Assembly: GCA_964592075.1 (NCBI GenBank)
Contig: CAZQDY010000006.1
Location: 3,942-67,941 of the forward strand
Source: an uncultured Gaiellales bacterium
Lineage (GTDB): Bacteria; Actinomycetota; Thermoleophilia; RBG-16-64-13
Length of the DNA: 64,000 nucleotides
Reading direction: 5' to 3'
Under the pieces are notes generated by a model. It searched no databases and was not told the DNA's origin. It saw only the letters and a program-made list of their open reading frames with translations. The stretch's first letter is position 1. Each line of letters begins with the position of its first letter. Of this stretch, positions 54,550 to 64,000 are shown piece by piece. The position numbers and the translations under genes were made by a program.

Positions 54550-55908
54550 CTAGCGCCGCCGCCCGAACCTGCGGGTCGAGAAGAGCTCCTCCACGGCGGG
54601 AACCGCCTCGGTGGCTGCGAATACGATCGCGACATCCCCGGCGGCCGGGATGGTATCGCCTCGGGCCACGTGCACACCGTCTCCGCGCTTGAGGACTCCA
54701 AGGATGCTGCCCGATGGGAAGTGAGAGTCCCGCAGACGCACCCCCACGATGGGACTGCTCTCGTCGACGAGGAACTCCACCACCTCAGCCGCCGACTTGT
54801 CGAGCAAGGCGGCGTTCACCACGCTCCCTGCCCGCACGAGGCGAAGAACCGCCGAGGCGGTCAGACGGCGAGGGCTGATGGCGACATCGACACCGGTGGC
54901 CTCCAGGACCTCAGAGAACTCGGCACGCTCGACGATCGCTATGGTGCGTTCGGCGCCCAGCCGCTTGGCCTGCAGCGCAGCGAGGATGTTGAGGGGATCG
55001 TCCCCCGTGGCGGCGATGAACAGATCGATGTCTCGCACTCCCTCGGCCAGGAGGGCCCCTTCGGCGAGTCCTTCGTCGTGCAGCACCAATGCCTTGTCGA
55101 GCACCGACGCGGCCGCGACCGACCGCTCGTAGTCCTTCTCGAAGACGGTCAGACGGACTCCCCGAGCTTCCAGAGCTTGGGCGATTGGCAGGCCCAGGTC
55201 TCCGCAGCCGAGGAGTATGCCGGTCTTGGGTGTCTTGGTCTTGAGCGACAGTATGCCGGCGGCCTCGGTCACCGCGCCCGGCTGGCCGGCCAAGAACACG
55301 CGGTCGCCCGCCTTCAAGACCGTGCCTCCGCGCGGGATGGTGATGGTGTCGCCGCTGAGCACACCTGTGATGAGCACTTCACGTGGCAGCGCCATGTCGA
55401 TGATTGCCTTGCCGGCGCAGCGGCTGGCCTCCGCCACCTCGATCTCCACCACCTCGGCCAGGCCGCCCGCGAAGAACTCCACCTCCAGAGCCCCGGGGGT
55501 GTCCACCAGTCGGCCGATCTCCTCGGCCACCGCGGCTTCCGGCTGGATGACGTAGTCGATGCCCGTGAACTCCGAGGATACGGCGTCTGCCGAGTCGAGG
55601 TAATCACTGTTGCGGATCCGGGCTACGGTCAGAGGGACTCCGACTCTCCTAGCTGCCATGCAGGCGACGATATTGACCTCGTCGGAATCCGTCACCGCGA
55701 TGACCATGTCGGCCTCATTGACGTTGGCTTCAGAAAGCACCTGCTTGCTTGCGCCATTGCCGGCCAGAGTCAGGGCGTCAATCTCCTCGGCGGCCTTGGC
55801 GAGACGGTCGGGGTCGCGCTCGATGAGCACCACCTTCTGACCCTCCCGGCTCAGAAAGCCGGCGATGTGAAGGCCCACCTCACCTGCCCCTATGACGACG
55901 ACGTGCAT
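54550..55908 (-). CDS. trkA: Trk system potassium uptake protein TrkA (two RCK/NAD-binding domains)
   Basis: MHVVVIGAGEVGLHIAGFL… and a second …ILLGCGDLGLPIAQAL… Rossmann motif; 452 aa; 6 nt upstream of trkH. Confidence 0.9.
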   Translation of the reverse strand: MHVVVIGAGEVGLHIAGFLSREGQKVVLIERDPDRLAKAAEEIDALTLAGNGASKQVLSEANVNEADMVIAVTDSDEVNIVACMAARRVGVPLTVARIRNSDYLDSADAVSSEFTGIDYVIQPEAAVAEEIGRLVDTPGALEVEFFAGGLAEVVEIEVAEASRCAGKAIIDMALPREVLITGVLSGDTITIPRGGTVLKAGDRVFLAGQPGAVTEAAGILSLKTKTPKTGILLGCGDLGLPIAQALEARGVRLTVFEKDYERSVAAASVLDKALVLHDEGLAEGALLAEGVRDIDLFIAATGDDPLNILAALQAKRLGAERTIAIVERAEFSEVLEATGVDVAISPRRLTASAVLRLVRAGSVVNAALLDKSAAEVVEFLVDESSPIVGVRLRDSHFPSGSILGVLKRGDGVHVARGDTIPAAGDVAIVFAATEAVPAVEELFSTRRFGRRR

Positions 55909-55996
55909 GTCCGCTAGCTTATATCAATCGAAGGAGCCGTGGGAGACGTGATGCAATCGAATCCGAGGGGTCGACGGCGGGACGACCTCAGACAGC

Positions 55997-56033
55997 ATGC
56001 CGCCCGCCGCACCAACGGTGCGGCGGGCGGCAT
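55997..56033 (-). terminator. 17-bp perfect-stem hairpin downstream of hppA (U-tract-less terminator candidate)
   Basis: atgccgcccgccgcacc-aac-ggtgcggcgggcggcat; lies between the hppA stop and the trkA start. Confidence 0.5.
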
Positions 56034-56120
56034 ATCGAACCTCCGCCATGAGGAGTGGACGTCCGCGGAGAGCTTTGCGGTACCCCGCAGTGCTCGAAGC
56101 GGATACCCACTCCGATGTGG

Positions 56121-58583
56121 CTAGGCCTCCTTCTGCTTCTTGATCCGCATGCCGTAGAACGAGCGGATGACGAAGTACAGCGAGATCAGGAAGAACACCG
56201 CCGCCAGGATCCAGGTCAGCGTGTTGTTGCCTTGCCCATCGACGATGCTCACGGCCAACTCGACCGCCAGCAGGCCGAACAGCGTGGTGAACTTGATGAT
56301 CGGGTTCAGGGCCACCGAGGAGGTGTCTTTGAACGGGTCGCCCACCGTGTCGCCGATGACGGCGGCCGCGTGCAGGTCGGTGCCCTTCTCCTTGAGGTCC
56401 ACCTCGACGATCTTCTTGGCGTTGTCCCAGGCGCCACCGGCGTTGGCCATGAAGACGGCCTGGAACAGACCGAAGACTGCGATGGAGATCAGGTAACCGA
56501 TGAAGAAGAACGGCTCCAGGAAGGCGAAGGCGAGCGTCCCGAAGAACACGGCCAAGAAGATGTTGATCATCCCCTTCTGCGCGTACTGGGTGCAGATGCC
56601 GACGACCTTCTTGCTGTCTTCGACGTTGGCGGTCCCGGTCTCCACATCGAGATTGATGTGGCGTTTGATGAACTCCACCGCACGATAGGCACCGGTGGTA
56701 ACGGCCTGGGTGGCCGCGCCGGTGAACCAGTAGATCATGGCGCCGCCCATGACGAAGCCGAGCAGGAACGGCGGGTGCAGCAGGGAGAGATTCTCGACGT
56801 TGACGGTGAGCTCCTCGGTGAGCATCATGATGATGGAGAAGATCATCGTCGTCGCGCCGACCACCGCCGTGCCGATGAGGACCGGCTTGGCCGTGGCTTT
56901 GAAGGTGTTGCCGGCTCCGTCGTTCTCCTCGAGGTTCTCCTTGGCCACATCCCAATCGGGCTTGAAGCCGAAGTCCTTCTGGATCTCTTCGTCCACGCCT
57001 TCGATCTGCTCGATGGTGGAGAGCTCATACACTGACTGAGCGTTGTCGGTCACCGGTCCGTACGAGTCCACGGCGATGGTCACCGGGCCCATGCCCAGGA
57101 AACCGAAGGCCACGAGGCCGAATGCGAAAACGGCAGGCGCCAGCATGATATCGCCCAGTCCCTGGGTGCTCACGATGTAACCGACGCCCATCAGGACCAT
57201 GATGGCAAAACCGATGTAGTAGGCGCTGTAGTTGCCGGCCACGAAACCGGAGAGGATGTTGAGCGAAGCTCCGCCCTCTCTGGTCGAGGTGACGACTTCG
57301 TTCACGTGCTTCGACTTGGTGGAGGTGAACACCTTCACGAGCTCAGGGATGAGGGCGCCGGCCAAGGTGCCCATGCTGATGATGATGGAGAGCATCCACC
57401 AGTAGTCGGGATGCGCTTCGCCCACCAACGTGCCACCGCCGATCAGCAGGTAGGAGACCACGAAGGTGAGTGCGATGGAGATGACCGAGGTGAGCCAGAC
57501 CAGCGAAGTGAGCGGGCCCTCGAAGTTCATCTTCCTTGCGTTCTTGTAGCGCGCCTTGGTGATCGCACCGTTCAGGAAGTATGACGCGCCACTGGAGACG
57601 ATCATCATGACGCGCATGGCGAAGATCCACACCAGGAGAGCTACCTGGATCAGCGGATCGGTGACCGCGAGGATGATGAAGGTGATGAGGGCCACACCGG
57701 TGACACCGTACGTCTCGAAACCGTCGGCGGACGGGCCGACCGAGTCGCCCGCGTTGTCGCCCGTGCAGTCGGCGATGACGCCGGGGTTACGGGCGTCGTC
57801 TTCTTTGATGTTGAAGACGATCTTCATGAGGTCGGAGCCGATGTCGGCGATCTTGGTGAAGATACCGCCGGCGATCCTCAGCGCGGCGGCGCCCAACGAT
57901 TCGCCGATGGCGAACCCGATGAAACACTGGCCGGCATAGTCGCGCGGGATCCAGATGAGGATGATGAGCATGATGACGAGCTCGACGCTGATGAGCATCA
58001 TGCCCACGCTCATGCCGGAACGCATCGGGATGGCATGGATGCCGTACGGCTTGCCCTTGAGGCTTTCGAAGGCCGTGCGGGAGTTGGCATAGGTGTTGAC
58101 CCTGATGCCAAACCAGGCCACGCCGTAGCTCCCAAGGATGCCGATGATGCTGAAGACCAGGATGATGATCACCCTGCCGGCCGAGAAGTCGCTGAGGGCG
58201 CCGAAGTACACCCCGATCACGATGGCGATGAAAATCCAAAGGACGATCAGGAACTGGCCCTGCTTCAAGAGGTAGGTCTTGCAGGTCTGCCAGATGAGCT
58301 CGGAGATCTCTTTCATAGACCTGTGAGCGGGGAGTCTGCGGAGCTGATAGAAGACGACGATGCCGAACAGGAGACCGAGACCGCAGATGATGAGACCCAA
58401 GGCCAAGAGAAGGCTGCCGGATATGCCGTGGAAATCCACCTGGTTCAGCTCGGGCAGTACCAGCTCTGCCTCGCCGGCCTGCGCTACCGGCGCTAGGACC
58501 AGCAAGAAGACCGCCGCGACGGCAAAGAGAAGGGCCAACCTTCCCCAGCGACGCCTCGGCGCTTTACGCGGTTTGACTTCCAT
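56121..58583 (-). CDS. hppA: membrane-bound proton/sodium-translocating pyrophosphatase
   Basis: 820 aa; conserved M-PPase motifs …GDNAGDSVGPSADGFETYGVTG… and …DTVGDPFKDTSSVALNPIIKF…; N-terminal extension with a signal-like segment. Confidence 0.9.
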   Translation of the reverse strand: MEVKPRKAPRRRWGRLALLFAVAAVFLLVLAPVAQAGEAELVLPELNQVDFHGISGSLLLALGLIICGLGLLFGIVVFYQLRRLPAHRSMKEISELIWQTCKTYLLKQGQFLIVLWIFIAIVIGVYFGALSDFSAGRVIIILVFSIIGILGSYGVAWFGIRVNTYANSRTAFESLKGKPYGIHAIPMRSGMSVGMMLISVELVIMLIILIWIPRDYAGQCFIGFAIGESLGAAALRIAGGIFTKIADIGSDLMKIVFNIKEDDARNPGVIADCTGDNAGDSVGPSADGFETYGVTGVALITFIILAVTDPLIQVALLVWIFAMRVMMIVSSGASYFLNGAITKARYKNARKMNFEGPLTSLVWLTSVISIALTFVVSYLLIGGGTLVGEAHPDYWWMLSIIISMGTLAGALIPELVKVFTSTKSKHVNEVVTSTREGGASLNILSGFVAGNYSAYYIGFAIMVLMGVGYIVSTQGLGDIMLAPAVFAFGLVAFGFLGMGPVTIAVDSYGPVTDNAQSVYELSTIEQIEGVDEEIQKDFGFKPDWDVAKENLEENDGAGNTFKATAKPVLIGTAVVGATTMIFSIIMMLTEELTVNVENLSLLHPPFLLGFVMGGAMIYWFTGAATQAVTTGAYRAVEFIKRHINLDVETGTANVEDSKKVVGICTQYAQKGMINIFLAVFFGTLAFAFLEPFFFIGYLISIAVFGLFQAVFMANAGGAWDNAKKIVEVDLKEKGTDLHAAAVIGDTVGDPFKDTSSVALNPIIKFTTLFGLLAVELAVSIVDGQGNNTLTWILAAVFFLISLYFVIRSFYGMRIKKQKEA

Positions 58584-58784
58584 GCAGCATTGCCTCCTTC
58601 TCGGCCCTCAAGGCTATCAATAAACGGAGTTCAACCCCAAGAACGGCCCACACCGGCCAAATCCAAAGGTTCATGCTACAGAACCGCTCATGCCCCCGTC
58701 AAGGATTGAATCTTGCCGGAAATGGAGATAACGGCCCTGGCGGGGAGCGCCCGCCCGATCGGCTACTGGAGAAAGGATCGACCG

Positions 58785-58949
58785 ATGGAAAGATGGCAGT
58801 GCCTGTTGTGCGGATACATCTACGATCCCAAAGAGGGAGATCCCCTTCAGGGGATCGCACCGGGGACCGCCTTCGAGGACCTACCCGACGACTGGACCTG
58901 CCCTGATTGCGGCGCCAGCAAAGAAGAATTCGAGAAGATGTCCGACTAG
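58785..58949 (+). CDS. rubredoxin
   Basis: [20 protein letters not shown]…[15 protein letters not shown] (CxxC…CPxC); RBS ggagaaagg. Confidence 0.85.
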   Translation: MERWQCLLCGYIYDPKEGDPLQGIAPGTAFEDLPDDWTCPDCGASKEEFEKMSD

Positions 58950-59008
58950 CGATCGAACCCGGCGTGATTCGTATGGACGGGCCGCACTCGCGCTCATGAG
59001 TGCCTGCG

Positions 59009-60277
59009 CTAGCCCGTGCTCCCGTCGAGGAAGAGAGACATCAGCAGGTGGCCCGGCGCCACGGCGAAGCCCGTGGCCCGGGCCTCCGTCTCAGTGAAGG
59101 CCCCTGCCCCGTTCGCCCCGAACCCGGGGCCCCACAGGACGAAGGGCACGGGGTCGTGCACGTGGGTCTTGATCTCCAGGGGAGTCGGATGGTCCGGCAT
59201 GACCAGCAGTCTCACCCCTTCCGCCTCACCCGGTCGAGCCGCCGGCGCGTCGCGCCGCGCGGCGGCCTCGTTCAGAGCCGTCACCTGTGGCACCATCAAC
59301 GCATCGACCTGCTCGATCGCCCGCACCTTGCCCTCCGCGTCGCCGGCGTGCGACATCTCGTCCGGCGCCTCCACGTGGACGAAGACCACGTCGTAGTCGG
59401 CGAGAGCCTCCACAGCCGCGGCCATCTGCCCCGCGAAGTCGTTATCCCCACCATCGGTGACCCCGGGGATGTCCAGGCAATCGATCCCGGTCTGGCGCGC
59501 GAGTCCCCGCAGCAGGTCGACCGCCGAGGTGAGCGCTGCCCGGCGCTCTCCATAGCTGTCGTGGAACGTCGGCATTCGCGCCGGCTCCATCCCCGGCCAG
59601 AAAAGCCAGATCTGGGTGGCGGGAGGCAGCCCACGAGCGACGCGTGCCTTGTTGACCGGATGCGCAGCCAGGATCGGCTTCGACCGCTCCATCAGGTCTC
59701 GAACGAGATCGGCACCGGGTCCCGTAGGATCGTGGCCGGCCACCTCCTGATCGGTGATGTTGTGGGGCGGCACGAACTCGGTGGCAAGCAGATCGACTCC
59801 GTCGCGCACGGTCAGGATGTGCCTGAAGCCCACTCCGGCATGCAGACCGAGGCGCCCGCCGGCCGACTCGTCCGAGAACGCGATCCCCAACCCCTCCCTT
59901 AGCGCGGCCACCAGCTCGGCCGACTCGTCTGACGTGATGTTCCCGGCCGAGTAGCTGACCATCCGGCCATCCTCCACCGTCACCAGGTTGCAGCGCATGG
60001 CCACCTGACCCGGCTCCAGATGGATCCCCATGGCCATTGCTTCGATAGGCCCGCGTCCTGCGTAGTACAGGGACGGATCGAAGCCCATGACGCTCATGCA
60101 GGCGACCGCGCTCGAAGCCTCCATCCCTTCGGGCACGTTTCGGGACACACCTACCGTGCCTTCCCGCGCCAGCCGGTCGAGATGAGGAGTGTGAGCGGTC
60201 TCCAGAGCGGTGCGCCCCCCCAAGGCGGTCGCCGGCCACCCTGACGCCCCATCGATGATCAGTACCACGTGTTTCAA
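59009..60277 (-). CDS. apgM: cofactor-independent phosphoglycerate mutase, archaeal-type (ApgM family)
   Basis: MKHVVLIIDGASGWP…; metalloenzyme-superfamily motifs …VFVHVEAPDEMSHAGD…; 422 aa. Confidence 0.8.
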   Translation of the reverse strand: MKHVVLIIDGASGWPATALGGRTALETAHTPHLDRLAREGTVGVSRNVPEGMEASSAVACMSVMGFDPSLYYAGRGPIEAMAMGIHLEPGQVAMRCNLVTVEDGRMVSYSAGNITSDESAELVAALREGLGIAFSDESAGGRLGLHAGVGFRHILTVRDGVDLLATEFVPPHNITDQEVAGHDPTGPGADLVRDLMERSKPILAAHPVNKARVARGLPPATQIWLFWPGMEPARMPTFHDSYGERRAALTSAVDLLRGLARQTGIDCLDIPGVTDGGDNDFAGQMAAAVEALADYDVVFVHVEAPDEMSHAGDAEGKVRAIEQVDALMVPQVTALNEAAARRDAPAARPGEAEGVRLLVMPDHPTPLEIKTHVHDPVPFVLWGPGFGANGAGAFTETEARATGFAVAPGHLLMSLFLDGSTG

Positions 60278-60361
60278 GGATGACCCCTGTGCTCGGCGGC
60301 TGCGGGACTCCGGCTCTCCGCTCTACGGTCCCGCCCCATTATATGCGGTATCTTGGCCGCC

Positions 60362-60886
60362 ATGACCAAGCCACATCGCAAGTTGGACGCGCGGGAGCGG
60401 AGAGAAGCCGAAGAGTTGCTGCGCACGGCGCCGTTCGCCTACGTCGCCGTATCCGACAGCGATGGGCCCTACGTCGTCCCAATGAGCTTCGCGTTCGAGG
60501 CACACTGCGACGCCCCGGTCGAGGCCGCCGGCCGAGACTGCGCGCTCGGCCGTCTCTACCTCCACACCGGCCCGGGGAAGAAGTCGGAAGCGCTCGTCGG
60601 CGACCCCCGTGTTTGCGTCGCCGTCGCGACCGATGTCACCTTCAATCAAGGACCGAGCCCCTGCGAGGACGGCTTCGGCTACCGCTCGGTGTTGGTCACG
60701 GGTCGAGCCAGACTCCTCGACGACGAAGGCGACCGGGAGAGAGCTTTGCGCTCCATAGTGGCCAAGTACGACCCGGCCGCCGCTGCTCTGCCCTTCGATT
60801 CGGAGGTGTTGGCTCAGACACTGGTGTATGAGATCACCGTCCACGAGTTCGCCTACAAGGAACGGCCCCGTCACGCTCCGGCGTGA
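60362..60886 (+). CDS. pyridoxamine 5'-phosphate oxidase-family (FMN-binding split-barrel) protein
   Basis: MTKPHRKLDARERREAEELLRTAPFAYVAVSDSDGPYVVPMSFAF… typical PNPOx-like fold. Confidence 0.7.
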   Translation: MTKPHRKLDARERREAEELLRTAPFAYVAVSDSDGPYVVPMSFAFEAHCDAPVEAAGRDCALGRLYLHTGPGKKSEALVGDPRVCVAVATDVTFNQGPSPCEDGFGYRSVLVTGRARLLDDEGDRERALRSIVAKYDPAAAALPFDSEVLAQTLVYEITVHEFAYKERPRHAPA

Positions 60887-60939
60887 GACGTGAGCCTGCA
60901 TGGTGGGACAGACGCCGGTGAGGCGGCATCAACGGGCCG

Positions 60940-62124
60940 CTAACCGAAATACCTCGCCCCTACCTCGCGGAAAGCCGGAAGCGCGCCGTCCACCACCTGG
61001 GGCGCCACGCAGAAGGCCATGCGGAAGTGTCCCGCCAGACCGAAACCGCTCCCCGGAACCACCAGCACCAGATGCTCCTGCATCTCTCTGCAGAAGGCGA
61101 CGTCATCCTCGATGGGCGTACGCGGGAAGAAGTAGAAGGCGCCCTGGGGCTTGAAGACCTCGAACCCCGCACCGGTGAGGCACTCATGGAGCACGTCCCT
61201 GTTCCGCCGGTAGGGCGTCACATCCACTCCCACTCCCTGCAGTCTGGTAACCGCCCGCTGCATGAGGGCCGGCGCATTCACGAACCCGAGGATGCGGTTG
61301 GTCATGACCAGGCCGTCCATGAGTTTGTCGACCTCCGGGATGGCCGGGTTGGCCGCGACGTATCCGATCCTCTCTCCTGGGATGGAGAGCTCTTTGGAGT
61401 AGCTCGAGGCGATGATGGTGTTGTGATAGGCCGCCATGGCCGGGGCCACCCGCACGCCGTCGAACACGATCCGCCGGTAAGGCTCGTCCGAGACCAGGTA
61501 GACGACCCGGCCGTTCTCGGCCGTCTTGCGCTCGAGCAGTTCACCTAGAGCCGCGAGCGTCTCCGCCGAATACACCCGGCCCGTGGGGTTGTTGGGGGAG
61601 TTGACCAGCACCGCCCGGGTCTTGGAGGTGATGGCGGCGCCGATGGCGTCCAGGTCCAGGTCGAAGTCGGCCAGGCTCGCGACCGTCTTCAACACCCCGC
61701 CATGGTTGTCCACATAGGCGCCGTACTCCACGAAATAGGGCCGCGGGACGATGACCTCGTCCCCCGGGTCCAGGATGGCCTTGAAGATGACGTTGGCCGC
61801 GGCCGCGGCGCCGCAGGTCATGACCACGTGCTCCCCCGAGAGCGGCACGCCCTGGTCCCTGGTGAGGTAGGCCGCGACAGCCGCGCAGGCTTCAGGATAG
61901 CCTTGGTTGGACATGTACCCGTGAACACCGGGCGCACGGTCTTTCACCAGATCCTCGAGCACCATATGGAACTCCTCTGGAGGATCCAGGTTGGGGTTGC
62001 CGATGCTGAAGTCGAAGACCTTGTCGCAGCCATGGATCTCAGCCAGGCAGGCGCCCTCCTCGAACATCTGCCTGATCCATGAGGAACGGCAAGCAGCTTC
62101 AGCGATCTTCTTGGCCACGGGCAT
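60940..62124 (-). CDS. pyridoxal-phosphate-dependent aminotransferase, class I (aspartate/aromatic aminotransferase-like)
   Basis: …LSIGNPNLDPP…; PLP-Lys region SYSKELSIPGERIGY; …VNSPNNPTG…; 394 aa. Confidence 0.9.
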   Translation of the reverse strand: MPVAKKIAEAACRSSWIRQMFEEGACLAEIHGCDKVFDFSIGNPNLDPPEEFHMVLEDLVKDRAPGVHGYMSNQGYPEACAAVAAYLTRDQGVPLSGEHVVMTCGAAAAANVIFKAILDPGDEVIVPRPYFVEYGAYVDNHGGVLKTVASLADFDLDLDAIGAAITSKTRAVLVNSPNNPTGRVYSAETLAALGELLERKTAENGRVVYLVSDEPYRRIVFDGVRVAPAMAAYHNTIIASSYSKELSIPGERIGYVAANPAIPEVDKLMDGLVMTNRILGFVNAPALMQRAVTRLQGVGVDVTPYRRNRDVLHECLTGAGFEVFKPQGAFYFFPRTPIEDDVAFCREMQEHLVLVVPGSGFGLAGHFRMAFCVAPQVVDGALPAFREVGARYFG

Positions 62125-62218
62125 GGGAAGCCTCCGCTAGGGGAACGGGATCGGGACGGACGATTCCAGAGTCTAGCATGCGCGCGAAACGCACCGGGAG
62201 CTCGTTATGGAGCAGCCG

Positions 62219-63289
62219 CTACTTCTCCAATCTGACCGATTCCAGCAGCACCTGCATCAGCGCCGCGGCCGCCCGATCGCCGCCGGCATTGGTCAGATGG
62301 ATGCCGTCCTTTTCGCGCATGAGCTTCCGCCGGCCCGCGGAATCGACGAGATACGCTGAGTACTGCCCGCTCTCGTCGGCGAACAGCGAGTAGCCGTCCA
62401 CGTAGGCCGCGTCCGGGTTCTCGGCGCAGGCGGTGGCGTAGAAGGCGTTCAACCTGCGGCACGTCTCGGAGAACTTGGGGCTCCGCATGATGGGCATGCC
62501 CATCCAGATCACCCTCGCTCCCGTGTCCGTGCACATGGCGATGGCGTCCGTCACCCTGCGCGCATACTCGGCCGACCATGCCTCGGAGAACGGTTGAAGC
62601 GACTTCCCTTCGTGCCGCATGGTCTGCTTCTCATTTCCCCCGAAGATCATCACCACGACATGCGGACGGAACTCGCTCAGGCCTCGCGCGATCCTCTTGG
62701 GCCAGTCGAAGAAGTCCGGGCGCACCAGACCGGAGCTGACCTTGGTCGCCACCTCGACCTTCATGGCCGGATGGCGCTCGGCCTGCCGCATCATCCCGTG
62801 GCCGACCATCATCATCATGGAGTCGCCGACCATGAGCACGCGTAACGGCTTCTCGACTGTGAAAGATGGAAGAGTCGTCGTCGTGGTGGACGAGGAGGTG
62901 GTCGTGGACGAGGAACCGGCGGCGGGCCCGTTCGTCGAAGCGGTCCCGTGGCCCACGCTCGTAAGGCTCGAGGTCGTCGACCCGGCTTGGCCGCTCAGGG
63001 TGGTCGTCGTGCCCATAGCCGTCGACGGGCCGCTCGACCCGGAGCCGGCGCTCTCCCCGTCCGCCTCGGACGGGCCGGAGGCCCACTTCCAAGGCCTGTC
63101 CAGGTGCAAGAACTCACTGACCTCGGCCAGGGAGCCGGTCACTGCCAGGGCGGCCGTGCGCCACGGCGACGGGTCGAGAGAGTCGGCCCGGGAGTGAAGC
63201 GGCTCGGCCCCCAACAGGGCGCCCACCAACAACGCCACCACGATGATCACCACCACCTGCCATGGTCTGAGTAGCCGCCGCCGCACCCG
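62219..63289 (-). CDS. SGNH/GDSL-type hydrolase (DUF459-like) with N-terminal TM anchor and Ser/Thr-rich linker
   Basis: TM VVVIIVVALLVGALLG; linker …TTTSSSTTTTTLPS…; SGNH block LRVLMVGDSMMMMVGHG…; starts 6 nt downstream of the MBOAT gene. Confidence 0.7.
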   Translation of the reverse strand, partial: RVRRRLLRPWQVVVIIVVALLVGALLGAEPLHSRADSLDPSPWRTAALAVTGSLAEVSEFLHLDRPWKWASGPSEADGESAGSGSSGPSTAMGTTTTLSGQAGSTTSSLTSVGHGTASTNGPAAGSSSTTTSSSTTTTTLPSFTVEKPLRVLMVGDSMMMMVGHGMMRQAERHPAMKVEVATKVSSGLVRPDFFDWPKRIARGLSEFRPHVVVMIFGGNEKQTMRHEGKSLQPFSEAWSAEYARRVTDAIAMCTDTGARVIWMGMPIMRSPKFSETCRRLNAFYATACAENPDAAYVDGYSLFADESGQYSAYLVDSAGRRKLMREKDGIHLTNAGGDRAAAALMQVLLESVRLEK

Positions 63290-63294
63290 CCCTC

Positions 63295-64000
63295 CTAGAA
63301 GCCGATGTAGATGAAGCGGGTCATTCCCTCCGCTCCCAACAACCCGACGATGGCGAACAACGCGGCGCCGAACACCACCCCTTGCAGCAGCGGAGTGCGA
63401 AGCGAGACCGTCTTCTCCACCCACTGGGTCAGCCGGTCGGGCAGGTACTGGAACCCGATGCCCACCACCACTGCGAGCACCACCAACCAACTCACGGCCG
63501 GCGCACTGCCCCAGGCGGTGAAGGTCCTCACGATCACGGCGCCTGCCGTGCTCAGAGAATCCGCCCTGAAGAAGATCCACGCGAGGCAGACGAACTCCAG
63601 GGTGACTATCCGGCGCACCATCAGCCCGATCCTGCTGGGGATGGGAGGCGGCAGACCCCGTTGCTTCCTACGCTGTATGAGCGCGTGCTCGACGGCCTGC
63701 CCGGCGCCGTGGAGCAGGCCCCACACGGCGAAGGTCCAGCCGGCCCCGTGCCAGATGCCGGCGATCAGCATGGTCAGGATAACGTTGCGGTACGTGGCGA
63801 GAGTAGAGCCGCGGCTGCCCCCCAAGGGGATATAGAGATAGTCGCGGAGCCAACGCGAGAGCGTCATGTGCCAGCGGCGCCAGAACTCCCGCAACGACTC
63901 GGCCGTATAGGGACGGTCGAAGTTCCTGGGGAGGCTCACTCCCAGGAGGAGCGCGACTCCGATGGCCATATCGGTGTAGCCGCTGAAATCGCAGTAGATC
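63295..64000 (-). CDS. MBOAT-family membrane O-acyltransferase (AlgI/DltB/PatA-like), C-terminal part; gene continues past the window end
   Basis: Conserved MBOAT His region …FWRRWHMTLSRWLRDYLYIPLGGSRG…; multi-TM. Confidence 0.8.
   Translation of the reverse strand, partial: IYCDFSGYTDMAIGVALLLGVSLPRNFDRPYTAESLREFWRRWHMTLSRWLRDYLYIPLGGSRGSTLATYRNVILTMLIAGIWHGAGWTFAVWGLLHGAGQAVEHALIQRRKQRGLPPPIPSRIGLMVRRIVTLEFVCLAWIFFRADSLSTAGAVIVRTFTAWGSAPAVSWLVVLAVVVGIGFQYLPDRLTQWVEKTVSLRTPLLQGVVFGAALFAIVGLLGAEGMTRFIYIGF

Noticed and set aside
1-64000. Search for CRISPR arrays, tRNA/rRNA genes, transposases, integrases, phage genes, toxin-antitoxin pairs
   Set aside because: No regularly spaced direct repeats, no tRNA-like cloverleaf candidates in the intergenic regions examined, and no translation resembling DDE/serine/tyrosine recombinases or phage structural proteins. 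Gene remnants exist, but without flanking mobile-element signatures.

Overview
This is a gene-dense, high-GC window (roughly 68-70% by eye) from a bacterial chromosome, with frequent GTG/TTG starts and many 4-nt ATGA stop/start overlaps indicating translational coupling. I see no rRNA, tRNA, CRISPR array, transposase or integrase. About 60 protein genes are supportable from their translations; many long ORFs in the six-frame track are GC-driven alternate-frame artefacts (examples in the rejected list).

Gene layout:
- 1-24.8 kb is almost entirely minus-strand accessory genes: GNAT, class I SAM methyltransferase and alpha/beta-hydrolase paralogs, two MDR oxidoreductases, an MMPL exporter, a large LuxR-type ATPase regulator (11402-14191), argC, and an SLH/L,D-transpeptidase wall protein.
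- 24.9-32.6 kb (plus strand): a glutaredoxin plus ferredoxin:thioredoxin-reductase catalytic subunit pair, serA, and a BMP-family ABC uptake system.
- 32.7-43.7 kb is a nitrogen-assimilation island (details below).
- 44.5-51.6 kb: a double BadF/BcrA-type ATPase 'activase' fusion, an HgdB-like DUF2229 protein and a second MMPL exporter.
- 51.7-64 kb: hutI, trkHA, a membrane pyrophosphatase, rubredoxin, archaeal-type phosphoglycerate mutase, an aminotransferase, and an SGNH plus MBOAT O-acylation pair at the window edge.

The best candidate for an undescribed system is the nitrogen island. An HdrB-HdrC-like fusion protein (two CCG domains followed by two 4Fe-4S motifs) is translationally coupled to an archaeal-type three-protein glutamate synthase, then glnA, a structured leader with a 17-codon Arg-rich upstream ORF, and ybjQ. 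Converging on this operon from the opposite strand is amtB-glnK-glnK, with an ATTGCC-N7-GGCAAT palindrome upstream of amtB and an adjacent PucR-family regulator.

Secondary items include:
- the activase/DUF2229/MMPL operon;
- several decayed gene remnants;
- a tandem 36-bp repeat spanning the start region of the wall protein;
- a low-complexity Ala/Gly-rich insertion in ArgC.

All calls rest on reading the translations and DNA by eye; no database searches were run.
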